Part shown: in pieces, positions 36,443-45,435 of the stretch
Layout of the letters: the number at the start of each line of letters is the position of its first letter
Numbering within the stretch: the first letter of the stretch is position 1
Sequence record: NC_061441.1
DNA length: 64,000 nt
Direction: 5' to 3' (one strand)
Notes under the pieces: generated by a model
What the model saw: only the letters and a program-made list of their open reading frames with translations
Told to the model about the DNA's origin: nothing
Database searches by the model: none
Translations under genes and position numbers: made by a program

Positions 36443-36480
36443 GATCATCCTCTACTGGGTCTATTATTCATGTCGAGTAA

Positions 36481-36487
36481 AAATTAG
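36481..36487 (-). promoter_or_regulatory. class 2 motif CTAATTT
   Basis: 39 nt upstream of start 36442. Confidence 0.55.
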
Positions 36488-36555
36488 CGACTAAGGTCAG
36501 TTTTACCCAACATAGTATACTCGAACACTTTACAAATTTTGGGTGCAGAAACGAC

Positions 36556-36583
36556 AAAAGGGGCAGCCGAAGCCACCCCTTTT
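36556..36583 (-). terminator. intrinsic terminator
   Basis: GGGGUGGC-UUCG-GCUGCCCC plus U tract. Confidence 0.75.
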
Positions 36584-36613
36584 GTTTTTGTAACGTCATA
36601 CCGACCAGGTCGA

Positions 36614-37285
36614 TTAAACGACTACTTTACCTTTTGCTTTGGTCTTAGCGGCTTTCTTGCCACCAGCTTTCTGCGCTGCGGTACCTTTGTGCTTAACGAC
36701 TTTAGCAGTGGTTTCTTTACCACCTTTCAGACGCGGCATTGGTTTCAGCTTAGGCTTGACCAGAGTTACGGCTTTCGGTGCTACTTTCGGAGTCACCAGT
36801 TTGCCGTCTTTGATGCTTGGCTTACGTGCTTTGCGCGCGGCCAGACGAGCTTTCTGTTTCAGGATCAGGTTTTTGTAACCAGCTTTCTGTTTAGCAGCCA
36901 GGTTGCTCTTAGCAACAGCCTGACGTTTCAGCAGGAGCTTACGCACTTTACCCTGGGAAACAGCGGTCGCTTTCAGGCCAGCCTGGTATTTAGCCAGACG
37001 TTCCTTCAGGCGCTGCTCGATGGTTTTCGCTTTGCCTTTCTTAGCCTGCTTACGCAGGTGAGTTGCACGTTCGTTGTCGTACTTCTTCTCGGAAGCGGTA
37101 CGCTTCGGTGCAGCTTTCTTAGGCTTAGCAGCCTTAGGTGCAGCGGTTTTCTTCGCAGCTTTCGGCTTAGCAGCCTTAGGAGCAGCGGCTTTCTTCGCAG
37201 CAGGTTTTTTACCAGCGGCTTTCTTAGCCTTGGAGCCGCCTTTAACCGGGTCGGTCGGGGAAGTGGTTTTGCGTTTTACGGCCAT
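36614..37285 (-). CDS. histone H1/HC2-like Lys/Ala-rich DNA-binding protein
   Basis: 223 aa; KKAAAPKAAKPK-type repeats; extremely basic. Confidence 0.75.
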   Translation of the reverse strand: MAVKRKTTSPTDPVKGGSKAKKAAGKKPAAKKAAAPKAAKPKAAKKTAAPKAAKPKKAAPKRTASEKKYDNERATHLRKQAKKGKAKTIEQRLKERLAKYQAGLKATAVSQGKVRKLLLKRQAVAKSNLAAKQKAGYKNLILKQKARLAARKARKPSIKDGKLVTPKVAPKAVTLVKPKLKPMPRLKGGKETTAKVVKHKGTAAQKAGGKKAAKTKAKGKVVV

Positions 37286-37355
37286 GATTATATCCTCAAG
37301 TTACAATTGAACTTTCGTCCTTCGGGACATTAAAGTTTTTGAAATCAGCATGTAA

Positions 37356-37362
37356 AAATTAG
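37356..37362 (-). promoter_or_regulatory. class 2 motif CTAATTT
   Basis: in the AT-rich intergenic region upstream of the histone-like gene. Confidence 0.5.
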
Positions 37363-37405
37363 TATAATCTCTCCAGGATTCCTGAGGAAATTTCCTAAAA
37401 ACTTT

Positions 37406-38479
37406 TTACATAGCAGTATACCCTATTTCAGATAACACCGCGTTAAGTTCCTTGCGAGCACTAACCCGCAAAGACTTTTTAATTCCAGAAGCCTTCAGGT
37501 ATTCCTTTAGGCCATCACGTGGGTCAATATCCGCAAGCGCCAGCTCGCTAACATCAACTGTATCTATATTATCGAGATCGACACGTTTATTCGTGGAATT
37601 TATTTGAGAAATATTTGGAACGCGAGTACGAATATCTGCTGGGATTGACACCGTATCTTTGACGACAACACGATATCGGATCGCAGGGTTTACCTCAAGG
37701 CGTGACCAATCCTTTTGGTTTTCAATCACAACTGTTTCGAGTCTAAAGCCCGGCTTACTATCGACAAACTTACGCTTAACCACCAGCTCTTTGTTCTTGT
37801 ACTGAGCACGAATATGAATGAATCCTTTCGGTAATGCTTCTCCAAATGTTTTCTGATACGGTGAGCCACAATATTCGAAGCGCTTCTTCTCCAGCACCTG
37901 AGCCAAGTGGATGTGCCCACTGATTGTGTAATCGCGTGGGTCTACTTTGATATCGTGTTTCGTCTTGAGTGGACGACCGTTATCGCCAAGAGCGCCAACA
38001 GCTTCAACGTGGCAGAAGTTAAGGCATGGCTTCTTGTGCTTGATACTTTCTCTTGCAGGGTGAGCCAAGAAGTTAACCACGATACCGTCAATTTCTACCT
38101 GCTCAGGGCGGAGATAGATGTGCAGCGACTTGAGGAAGTCCCATTCACAAAACGTTTTGATAAGGTCCACACTGGTGCTCGTCATATCTGCCCAGTCATG
38201 GTTGCCGCCACAGTACCACGTATCAATGATGCCGTCATACTTCAAGAAGAACTGGAGCAGCTTACGCTTCGTGTCATCGTCCATCTTGAACTTGTCAGTG
38301 ATATCACCAGGAACGAAGATGTGTTTGATGCCGTGCTCCAGTGCGTACTGATAGATACGGTCGATCGTTTCAAGCTGACGGTCAATGTGGTCAACAGGGA
38401 AGTGACTCGACAGACCTTCTAAGTGCCAGTCAGAAGTTACAAGCGCTTCAAGGAAAGCCGCTACTTTGTTCTTTTTCAT
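37406..38479 (-). CDS. sbcD: SbcD/Mre11-like metallophosphoesterase nuclease
   Basis: TSDWH, PGDI, GGNHD, FCH, SGHIH motifs. Confidence 0.9.
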   Translation of the reverse strand: MKKNKVAAFLEALVTSDWHLEGLSSHFPVDHIDRQLETIDRIYQYALEHGIKHIFVPGDITDKFKMDDDTKRKLLQFFLKYDGIIDTWYCGGNHDWADMTSTSVDLIKTFCEWDFLKSLHIYLRPEQVEIDGIVVNFLAHPARESIKHKKPCLNFCHVEAVGALGDNGRPLKTKHDIKVDPRDYTISGHIHLAQVLEKKRFEYCGSPYQKTFGEALPKGFIHIRAQYKNKELVVKRKFVDSKPGFRLETVVIENQKDWSRLEVNPAIRYRVVVKDTVSIPADIRTRVPNISQINSTNKRVDLDNIDTVDVSELALADIDPRDGLKEYLKASGIKKSLRVSARKELNAVLSEIGYTAM

Positions 38480-38508
38480 TGGTGTAATCCACAGGTTTCA
38501 ATGTAAGC

Positions 38509-38517
38509 TATTTACAG
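38509..38517 (-). promoter_or_regulatory. class 1 motif CTGTAAATA
   Basis: 30 nt upstream of the SbcD start, right after a terminator. Confidence 0.6.
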
Positions 38518-38545
38518 AAAAATGGGCACCCGAAGGCACCCATTT
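38518..38545 (-). terminator. intrinsic terminator
   Basis: AUGGGUGCC-UUCG-GGUGCCCAU plus U tract. Confidence 0.75.
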
Positions 38546-38549
38546 GGAT

Positions 38550-40430
38550 TTATTTCTTGGCTCGTAGTCTTCTGGCCTTAGCTTCATCTCTGAGGTCAAT
38601 CAATGAATCCAGAGACTCTTCCATGCCGAGTTCGATAGCACGTTTGATGACAGACTCTTTTATCACTTTCGAGGACTGACCCGACGCAACCAACAGATAG
38701 AGTCCAGAACGTGACATGTTGGTCGCTTCCGGGTACAACTCTTCCGACGCTTGCTGCAACAGGAAGTCACCATCAAGTCGATGCAGGAGAATGCCGACCT
38801 CTTTCTGTTTGATTTTAGGCTTAGGATTGTTGATCAGTGCATCACGCATACGAGGGCGGAGGTCTAGTCGATCATCGAATGCAATCAGCTTATCTCCGTC
38901 CATGATGCGAGTGATAACATCGTAGTAGCGAGGACTAAGCATGTCCTTGTGTCGTTCCAAACTCGCACGATTCGCAGCAGGGCACTTTGGATTCTGTGCA
39001 GCGAATGCAGCGGCAGCAGGTAGGAGCACATACTCCGTGTACATGCTTCCTGTATAGCTTCCGAACTCCTCGTCCACATACTGCGTCTGCGTACCAGCAC
39101 TGTTAATGCGCGAAGCGTTGTACCAGAACATTTGCTCTGGGTTCTTAGAGTATTTGGCGAATGACCAAATCTCCGAGAGCGCAGCAGGGAAGGCACCATC
39201 AACAGTCGCATCCGTATTGTCACGATACAGGTCCATCGAGCCTAAGTTAGCGTCCAGGAAACTATCACGCTGACTGTTAGGCAGGGCTTCGATAAACATC
39301 ATAAGCGGTTGTGGTTTTCCGGACAGACTCTCCCACACCTTCGACATAACGTAATCGTCAAGCTCGAAGTTCTCAAACAACGTATCGAAGTAACGACGTA
39401 ATTCGGTCAGGTGCCCGTTATTAATCAGCAGCGATACGCAACGACTATAGAAACGAGTCTGGCCCCATTTCTGTTTCGCCAGTGCAGTAGCAATCTGAGG
39501 GAATCGGTCCATGTACTCCAGAGCTATATCTTCTGCTTCTTTGGAGCGACTAGCAATCAGACCCTGAATGAAAGCGTTAACATCACCACGCATCATGGGA
39601 CCTTCGAGATCGTAGTTGAACTGACCCCTTGAATCAATATACAACTTACTGGCCATCTCGTACACGCCTTTACGTTCAGTAGTAGCGATAAACGGATTGA
39701 CCTTCTCGTTCAACCAATCTTGCAGCGTGTGGATGAATGGCATCTTGTTGTCAGGATAAGCGTACTCGACCATGTACATGGCGTTCACTTTATCGGAGCC
39801 GACGAACTTATCAGCAGCTTTCGCCTTAGTGCGTTCAAAGAAAGGCTTGGCAAGACAACGACCAATAGGCTTGTTGATGTTCTTATCCTGAGGGTCAATC
39901 AAGTAAGCAATCAGAGTACCATTTGCGATATCCTGTTTGATATACTTCTTGTTGCTGCCTGTTTTCAAATTCATGCAGCTCACCCATCCACGATCGGTAC
40001 TCATACCAGCGATATCATACGGGTGCATTGAGATACAGATCAGCTGGTGGTTACGCGTTGCGTTAACAAGTGACTTGCGCTTAGGGTCCGAATCAAACAT
40101 CTTCTTGAGTTCGGGCAGCTTCGCAAGATACTTACCGATTTTAACAATACGTCCGTGCGAATCTTTACCTGTGCCGGCAACGTAATCCACCAGCACGATA
40201 TTCTTTTCGGCAAGTGCGTCAACGATCTCAATAGGTGCCACAACGTTTTGTGCAACATTCTTGATCACGGTATCGGTCTTTGCGTCGATATAGATACGCA
40301 TCGCCTTGTGACCTTTCTTGCCACTAATCTTTTCGAAGATACCCAACAGTGTTGGATTTGGCTTCCAGCCTTTTCTGTACTTGCGATACATTGAAGGAGG
40401 TAGCGCAGACAAACTAACCATTATTTCCAT
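38550..40430 (-). CDS. large hypothetical protein with MEIMVSLSA N-terminus (start moved to 40430)
   Basis: the longer annotated start overlaps 40489..41007; class 2 motif 30 nt upstream of 40430. Confidence 0.6.
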   Translation of the reverse strand: MEIMVSLSALPPSMYRKYRKGWKPNPTLLGIFEKISGKKGHKAMRIYIDAKTDTVIKNVAQNVVAPIEIVDALAEKNIVLVDYVAGTGKDSHGRIVKIGKYLAKLPELKKMFDSDPKRKSLVNATRNHQLICISMHPYDIAGMSTDRGWVSCMNLKTGSNKKYIKQDIANGTLIAYLIDPQDKNINKPIGRCLAKPFFERTKAKAADKFVGSDKVNAMYMVEYAYPDNKMPFIHTLQDWLNEKVNPFIATTERKGVYEMASKLYIDSRGQFNYDLEGPMMRGDVNAFIQGLIASRSKEAEDIALEYMDRFPQIATALAKQKWGQTRFYSRCVSLLINNGHLTELRRYFDTLFENFELDDYVMSKVWESLSGKPQPLMMFIEALPNSQRDSFLDANLGSMDLYRDNTDATVDGAFPAALSEIWSFAKYSKNPEQMFWYNASRINSAGTQTQYVDEEFGSYTGSMYTEYVLLPAAAAFAAQNPKCPAANRASLERHKDMLSPRYYDVITRIMDGDKLIAFDDRLDLRPRMRDALINNPKPKIKQKEVGILLHRLDGDFLLQQASEELYPEATNMSRSGLYLLVASGQSSKVIKESVIKRAIELGMEESLDSLIDLRDEAKARRLRAKK

Positions 40431-40459
40431 GATGTTTCTCGTTATTCGGGTGTTACGAA

Positions 40460-40466
40460 AAATTAG
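40460..40466 (-). promoter_or_regulatory. class 2 motif CTAATTT
   Basis: 30 nt upstream of ATG 40430. Confidence 0.55.
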
Positions 40467-40488
40467 CGTTGAAATGACAAACGCCCCG

Positions 40489-41007
40489 TTAGGAGCGTTT
40501 ATAGCGTTCGTTGAATCTCTGCCAGTCTTTCCACCAGTACTCAACACGCTTACCATTTCGAAGCGCATAGTCGATGCAGTTCTGTGTACCAGAAGGTGCA
40601 CCGCAACAAAGAGAAGCAAGACGGTCAGTGTTGTCCACCATGAAATGATTCCGCTTATTTAGCGCAAACACCTCTTGTCCATCCATATGTACCCAGTCCT
40701 CTTTGGACGTTACGATATGAACTTCGTGGCTTTTATTCAACAGACCGTCAAGCTCAAACACACTGGACATATTCCAGCGGTTATTAAATCCGAGATAAGG
40801 GATACATGACACAACACGGTGTCCTTGCTCGATAGCAGCATTGGCGATTGCCATGTCAAAGCCGAGAGCGCAACCAACCCAAATTTCAGTGTCGTTCTCG
40901 ATACGCAGCAATCTTCTATGAGCAAAAGTATAGAGGCGGCGTTTTGCCTCAGGGCCGAAGCCACCTAGATACTGTGGTCGATGGCCGGTGAAGGATAGTT
41001 TTTCCAT
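40489..41007 (-). CDS. SLOG superfamily (YspA/DUF1273-like) protein
   Basis: LSFTGHRP, GCALGFD, RNHFMVD, SGTQNCIDYA. Confidence 0.8.
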   Translation of the reverse strand: MEKLSFTGHRPQYLGGFGPEAKRRLYTFAHRRLLRIENDTEIWVGCALGFDMAIANAAIEQGHRVVSCIPYLGFNNRWNMSSVFELDGLLNKSHEVHIVTSKEDWVHMDGQEVFALNKRNHFMVDNTDRLASLCCGAPSGTQNCIDYALRNGKRVEYWWKDWQRFNERYKRS

Positions 41008-41013
41008 GCTCTG

Positions 41014-41022
41014 TATTTACAG
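41014..41022 (-). promoter_or_regulatory. class 1 motif CTGTAAATA
   Basis: only 7 nt upstream of ATG 41007, so a leaderless or near-leaderless transcript is possible. Confidence 0.45.
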
Positions 41023-41028
41023 AACTTA

Positions 41029-41919
41029 TCAGACGGCGATATCAAACGATTTTATGTTGATACCGACATTGATTGGATATCGTTTCCCTGGAGTACACGC
41101 TGCGCCCGCATTAACTGAAAAGTCAGCACTGGTTAGCGTCAGCACTCTGTCACCTGCGATGAAAGCCATTAGATTAGGCTTCACCTGTTCCGTATCAGGA
41201 TAAGGAGTCATTCCGCCTCTACCTAAGTACAGTTGTGGGCGTGTGCCTTTGAGGTCAGGCGGATCTGTTAGACCACCAGATCTACTGAATGAACGTGCAG
41301 TCAGAATGAAGGGCTTGGCCATATATGTAGGAGTGTCTTTGTATTCCATACGACAATCCCATGTGGTCATAATCGATCCTATTGCAGCATTGGTTGAACC
41401 GAAGTTCATCTCCTTACCGAAAGCAACAGCACTCTGCGAAGTAAGGCTGCACAATGTGGCGTCATATCGAGGACGACAGTTCATATTATTATTGGCGACT
41501 TGGCTGCGAACGTACATACCAAGATAACCATCACCACCGTTATACCCTTGAATGAATCTAGGCGTCCATTCAGGAATTATCCATGACATGCGATTGTTTT
41601 CTTCGCCTACTGAGTAATCCGTGTATGAGACAGGAGTACCAGATTTAGCCAACAGCAAATCATTGAATGTGTAGGGCATATCAGGAGCAGAGAACTTCAA
41701 GTTCGTGTAGTACCTGATATAAGTTTCGTTGCCTGCAACAATCGTTGTATTGCCGTCACTGCCTAAACAGCATCGCGCCTTTGATACGTTCGCAATCAAA
41801 TCAGAAACAGAATTGAACGACGAAGGTACGCCAGAGTCTAACACGGTATCAAACAGAAATATCTCAGGAAGGTTTTGCGCTTCACTGAAATCAAAGTTGT
41901 TTCCATTAACGTATTGCAT
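41029..41919 (-). CDS. MQY-family paralog A (variable-core protein)
   Basis: start MQYVNG with GGAGG RBS; ends similar to 42335..43162 and 46381..47265. Confidence 0.6.
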   Translation of the reverse strand: MQYVNGNNFDFSEAQNLPEIFLFDTVLDSGVPSSFNSVSDLIANVSKARCCLGSDGNTTIVAGNETYIRYYTNLKFSAPDMPYTFNDLLLAKSGTPVSYTDYSVGEENNRMSWIIPEWTPRFIQGYNGGDGYLGMYVRSQVANNNMNCRPRYDATLCSLTSQSAVAFGKEMNFGSTNAAIGSIMTTWDCRMEYKDTPTYMAKPFILTARSFSRSGGLTDPPDLKGTRPQLYLGRGGMTPYPDTEQVKPNLMAFIAGDRVLTLTSADFSVNAGAACTPGKRYPINVGINIKSFDIAV

Positions 41920-41959
41920 GTGAGTCCTCCTTGAGACACGTCCTTGTGTCACATAGCGA

Positions 41960-42325
41960 TTAAGCCACTACTTCAAGGTCATGATCACCAGAGTTCCACA
42001 CAAGCTCACGAATGTTGCGTGGCATGATGATACAACCAGACGATGCAGTCCCTGGTGCTTTGATACTATCACCGTGCATCTGGAACGCAGAGCGGCCGAA
42101 CATCACGTTCTCTTTTGCTGGAGTCAAGTCCATTGCATACGGACCAGTCTTCTGACTTTGGCGTGGAGCATTCAGTGTGTAATGCCCTACAGGCAGAGGA
42201 CCTAGGCCAACGATGTTCTGACTATCGTGTTTGTTCTTGTGCTCGCCTTTACCGGCATAACCAGTAGCGACAAGTTTATTAGCCGAGTTATACAGACGGC
42301 CTGTTGTTTGCTCATACTTCCACAT
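41960..42325 (-). CDS. DUF2778/Tlde1-like L,D-transpeptidase-fold protein
   Basis: GPLPVGHY...FGRSAFQMHGD...ASSGCII contains the His/Cys catalytic pattern HG-x-S-x-GC. Confidence 0.75.
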   Translation of the reverse strand: MWKYEQTTGRLYNSANKLVATGYAGKGEHKNKHDSQNIVGLGPLPVGHYTLNAPRQSQKTGPYAMDLTPAKENVMFGRSAFQMHGDSIKAPGTASSGCIIMPRNIRELVWNSGDHDLEVVA

Positions 42326-42334
42326 ATACGCTCC

Positions 42335-43162
42335 TTATAGCTCTGTGTGGTTTTTGGGGAAATCAATGTACGGGCGTGTGCCAGGTTCGAGATTCTCGCT
42401 AGTCACGAAGTCTACACCTGCGGTCAATCGCATAAAGACATTATCTGCCATGGCCATTATTGCATGACTCAGATTGATGGCCTCATCCACTTGGGTGAGG
42501 TTCTCACCGAGTGCAGTGTACGGAGTAGGTCCAGAGTTTTGATACGGACGGTTTGTACCATTGGACGACTCGCTGGAGATCTGTGTCATGCAGTCGATGA
42601 ATCGCACGTCAGGAGTGATGCCAGCAAACGCAGGACTGATTGTATTGTATCTGGACACGTATGTAGTAGACCACGACTTGCCTGTAAGTGTCTGACCGTC
42701 AGACAGCAGATAACTGACATAGATGGATCGTCCCATGGAGGTTTCTACCTGCCACGAAGGATAGTTAAGAGTCTCAACGCCACCGGGATTAAGTACAGAC
42801 ACTCGGGCCTGTGCTTGGTTTGTCCAATAGTAAGTCGGTCCTTGTCTATATACGTCTCCTCCATTAGATGTATGATGGTGGATGGTACCGACATTGCGCG
42901 AAGCCGTTGTGATAGTTGGTGCATCAGCGTAAGCACCCGTGCCGTTCTTGGCGTACTTCAAAAATGTGAGGAAGTAGTTTTCGCCTAAACGGCCTCGGAC
43001 AGGATTAAGTTGATTGGCTGTACCTAAGACCGTACGCGCTTGACGCAACGTATCGTCGATGGTGTCTAAGGTAAATTCAGGAAGATCGTCATGGTCATCA
43101 AAGAACAGGACGGCGGGATGCACCGCTTCGTTGAGAGGTGCGAAACTGGATAAATATTGCAT
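42335..43162 (-). CDS. MQY-family paralog B
   Basis: VLFFD, ARTVLG...LNPVRG, PGTRP shared with paralog C. Confidence 0.6.
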   Translation of the reverse strand: MQYLSSFAPLNEAVHPAVLFFDDHDDLPEFTLDTIDDTLRQARTVLGTANQLNPVRGRLGENYFLTFLKYAKNGTGAYADAPTITTASRNVGTIHHHTSNGGDVYRQGPTYYWTNQAQARVSVLNPGGVETLNYPSWQVETSMGRSIYVSYLLSDGQTLTGKSWSTTYVSRYNTISPAFAGITPDVRFIDCMTQISSESSNGTNRPYQNSGPTPYTALGENLTQVDEAINLSHAIMAMADNVFMRLTAGVDFVTSENLEPGTRPYIDFPKNHTEL

Positions 43163-43204
43163 GTTATAAGCCTTGGTTTTTATTGTGGAACCACGGCATA
43201 GCAC

Positions 43205-43237
43205 AAAAGGGCCTACACCTTTCGATGCAAGCCCTTT
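43205..43237 (-). terminator. possible intrinsic terminator
   Basis: AAAGGGC...GGCCCUUUU imperfect hairpin. Confidence 0.45.
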
Positions 43238-43242
43238 GGGTG

Positions 43243-43380
43243 TCAGACTATAACTGTCTTGATCACATTACGGTTCTTCTTTGGGTCGAACCATACTTCT
43301 TCAATAATCTTGCCCATGCCGAAGTTGATCATCTGCACCGTGCGCCGTGAAACGAGTTGCAGACGTTTTGACTGGAACAT
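43243..43380 (-). CDS. small 45 aa protein not in the ORF track (MFQSKRLQLVSRRTVQMINFGMGKIIEEVWFDPKKNRNVIKTVIV)
   Basis: AAGGAG RBS, fills the gap between the ART gene and the terminator. Confidence 0.55.
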   Translation of the reverse strand: MFQSKRLQLVSRRTVQMINFGMGKIIEEVWFDPKKNRNVIKTVIV

Positions 43381-43382
43381 GA

Positions 43383-43892
43383 TTACTCCTTAATCATTTT
43401 GACACGCGTGTGGTCGAAGATGCCAAAGGTAGGAACATCATTATGCTCACCTTCGTTACCTTTGATTGAGTCATACCCAGCAAGTTTGAGTATCTTGCTG
43501 ATCTCGGTATACTCGTCCCACCACATGTAGACTCGCTTATACTGCGATGCAGGTATAAGTTTGTTTAGCGCGTCTAACCTTTTAACGAGAGTCATCGCTT
43601 CATCTTTGCCAACCAGATGCAACTGGAAGGCTTCCATGATAAGCTGTTTCACTCGTCTATGAATCTCAGCGAACTTTACTTCCGTCCACAGAGAACGGAA
43701 TTTCAGGCTGGCGTATCGGCCTGGGTCCGCATGAAATTTGTAGAGGCGCCCATCCTCCGCATACTTCTCGGCATACGCACGATCTGGAGTTACCCAAGTC
43801 ATGTGTTGCTTCTTAGCATGTTCATCTGACCAGTCTTCTGCAAGACCGCGATAGTAGATTGTGGGCGCACTCAGGCTGACAAAGATCTGCAA
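43383..43892 (-). CDS. putative ADP-ribosyltransferase (ART-PolyVal-like) with MQIFVSLSA tag
   Basis: IYYRG, WVTPDRAYAEKYA, LAGYDSI...E...FGIFD pattern of polyvalent-protein ARTs. Confidence 0.55.
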   Translation of the reverse strand: MQIFVSLSAPTIYYRGLAEDWSDEHAKKQHMTWVTPDRAYAEKYAEDGRLYKFHADPGRYASLKFRSLWTEVKFAEIHRRVKQLIMEAFQLHLVGKDEAMTLVKRLDALNKLIPASQYKRVYMWWDEYTEISKILKLAGYDSIKGNEGEHNDVPTFGIFDHTRVKMIKE

Positions 43893-43895
43893 CTG

Positions 43896-44819
43896 TTACT
43901 TGCTCAGGCGTTTGAACGTAGCGCCCTTGTCGTTGTAGGTGATGCTGACAACGCCAGGAATTTCAAAGCCGTCTTTCTTACGAACAATCGGGATGTTTTT
44001 GTCTGCGAAGTGATGACGCATTTCGGTAACAACTACACCAGCACCGTTACCGAGCGACTTACCTTCGGAGTTAGTGATTGTGCCGCTTGCTTTAGAGAAG
44101 TCTGCTTTAGCGCCGACAGTTCTCAGAATAGCCTTAGAGCGTTTCTCTACTTTATCACTCAGCTTCTTATCCGCGCCAGCTGCGGCTGGTTTACTTGGCT
44201 TTTTAGCGGCAGGAGCTTCTTTCGCTTTCTGCGTTTTCTTAACAGAAGCGCGAGGTCCCATGCCAGGTTTAGCCGTAGACGTCTTCTGACCGATAGCGTC
44301 AAACGCAGCTTCTTTCAGGAACTTCGGCTTGAAGGTACCACGCTTACCTGTAACGCCGAACTCAGTCAGCTTGGTAGCACGGATAGCTTTCAGTGCCTTG
44401 TCAGCACCTACACCAGTTTTGATATCAGCAGCAGACAGAGGCAGATTCAGACCACCCAGACCGTGAGCTTTAGCAACCTTGTTCGCTTCACGCAGAGCAG
44501 CCTTAGCCGTTTTGATTTCGGCAGTAGCTTTAGCCTTCTCAGTTTTACGAGTGGCCATCAGCTTGGTGCGCTTATCACCACGAGGCAGTTGGCGAGCCTT
44601 TGTCGAAGCAGTGTTGGATTTGATTGAGGCAGTAATGCCGGCAACAGCAGCAGTCTTAGCTTTTTTCAAATGACCAACAACAGTCTGCAACTCTGCTTTC
44701 TTGGCAGAGTTGACTAGCAGCGTAGTTGCGCCACCAAACTTATACACACGGTATGCCGGTTTCTTTGCAGCGGATTCTGACACCAGAGAGTCAGCAATAT
44801 TGATACGAATGAGAGCCAT
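43896..44819 (-). CDS. very basic Lys/Ala-rich protein with VSESA tag (start MALIR at 44819)
   Basis: AAGGA RBS before 44819; composition. Confidence 0.55.
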   Translation of the reverse strand: MALIRINIADSLVSESAAKKPAYRVYKFGGATTLLVNSAKKAELQTVVGHLKKAKTAAVAGITASIKSNTASTKARQLPRGDKRTKLMATRKTEKAKATAEIKTAKAALREANKVAKAHGLGGLNLPLSAADIKTGVGADKALKAIRATKLTEFGVTGKRGTFKPKFLKEAAFDAIGQKTSTAKPGMGPRASVKKTQKAKEAPAAKKPSKPAAAGADKKLSDKVEKRSKAILRTVGAKADFSKASGTITNSEGKSLGNGAGVVVTEMRHHFADKNIPIVRKKDGFEIPGVVSITYNDKGATFKRLSK

Positions 44820-44829
44820 TTTGTTTTCC

Positions 44830-45435
44830 TTATACCAGGGCGCGGCCCGGGGTATCAAAATTTTTACCAGCGGAGTAGTCACCCAGCGCTTGGTAGAGAG
44901 AGTTACGCAACATCTGTTCGATGATATCGGAGTTATGAGCCGATGCGTCTTTGAACGCAACTTCAATCGAATCAGTTCTCGGATTCACTACAGCATAACG
45001 CAGAGGGCAGATCGTTTGCGCTTCACACCAGGCATCAATACGCGGCTGTAAGTCAGGCGTGATTGGAATCTGGAAGTCGGCTAGCGTAAACACTACGCTT
45101 TGAATAGGCGGTGGTGCAGACAGCGAATTGTATTTACCTTTCGTGTCGAGTCGCTCCATGGCCATAGAGGCATCATAGACAGACTGATAACCTTCGCCAA
45201 CGGTTTTGATATCAGCCAGCTTGAAGCTATGCGTTGACAAGCCTTTGCGAATCAGCTTGGCGATCTTGAGATCGTAATCACCAGAATCGTCAGTAGCAAA
45301 GGCAACGAACGCGTAGAAGGAGATCCCATCAGTTTCGCGCAGCAGACGATGGTCCAACACACGAAAGCCCACGACACTCGAAAGTGCCTGGGCTGTTACC
45401 TGAGGCCCCTTAGATAAGGAGACGAAGATTTGCAT
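44830..45435 (-). CDS. hypothetical protein with MQIFVSLSK tag
   Basis: 201 aa; TAATG coupling. Confidence 0.55.
   Translation of the reverse strand: MQIFVSLSKGPQVTAQALSSVVGFRVLDHRLLRETDGISFYAFVAFATDDSGDYDLKIAKLIRKGLSTHSFKLADIKTVGEGYQSVYDASMAMERLDTKGKYNSLSAPPPIQSVVFTLADFQIPITPDLQPRIDAWCEAQTICPLRYAVVNPRTDSIEVAFKDASAHNSDIIEQMLRNSLYQALGDYSAGKNFDTPGRALV

Noticed and set aside
37080-37230. Short DNA repeats in the histone-like gene as a separate repeat element
   Set aside because: Fully explained by the encoded KAAKPK peptide repeats
38550-40619. Longest-ORF starts given in the track for several genes (40619, 44966, 30162, 48172, 61496, 13334, 34078)
   Set aside because: They overlap upstream genes or lack an RBS; downstream starts with RBS, promoter motif or translational coupling were used instead
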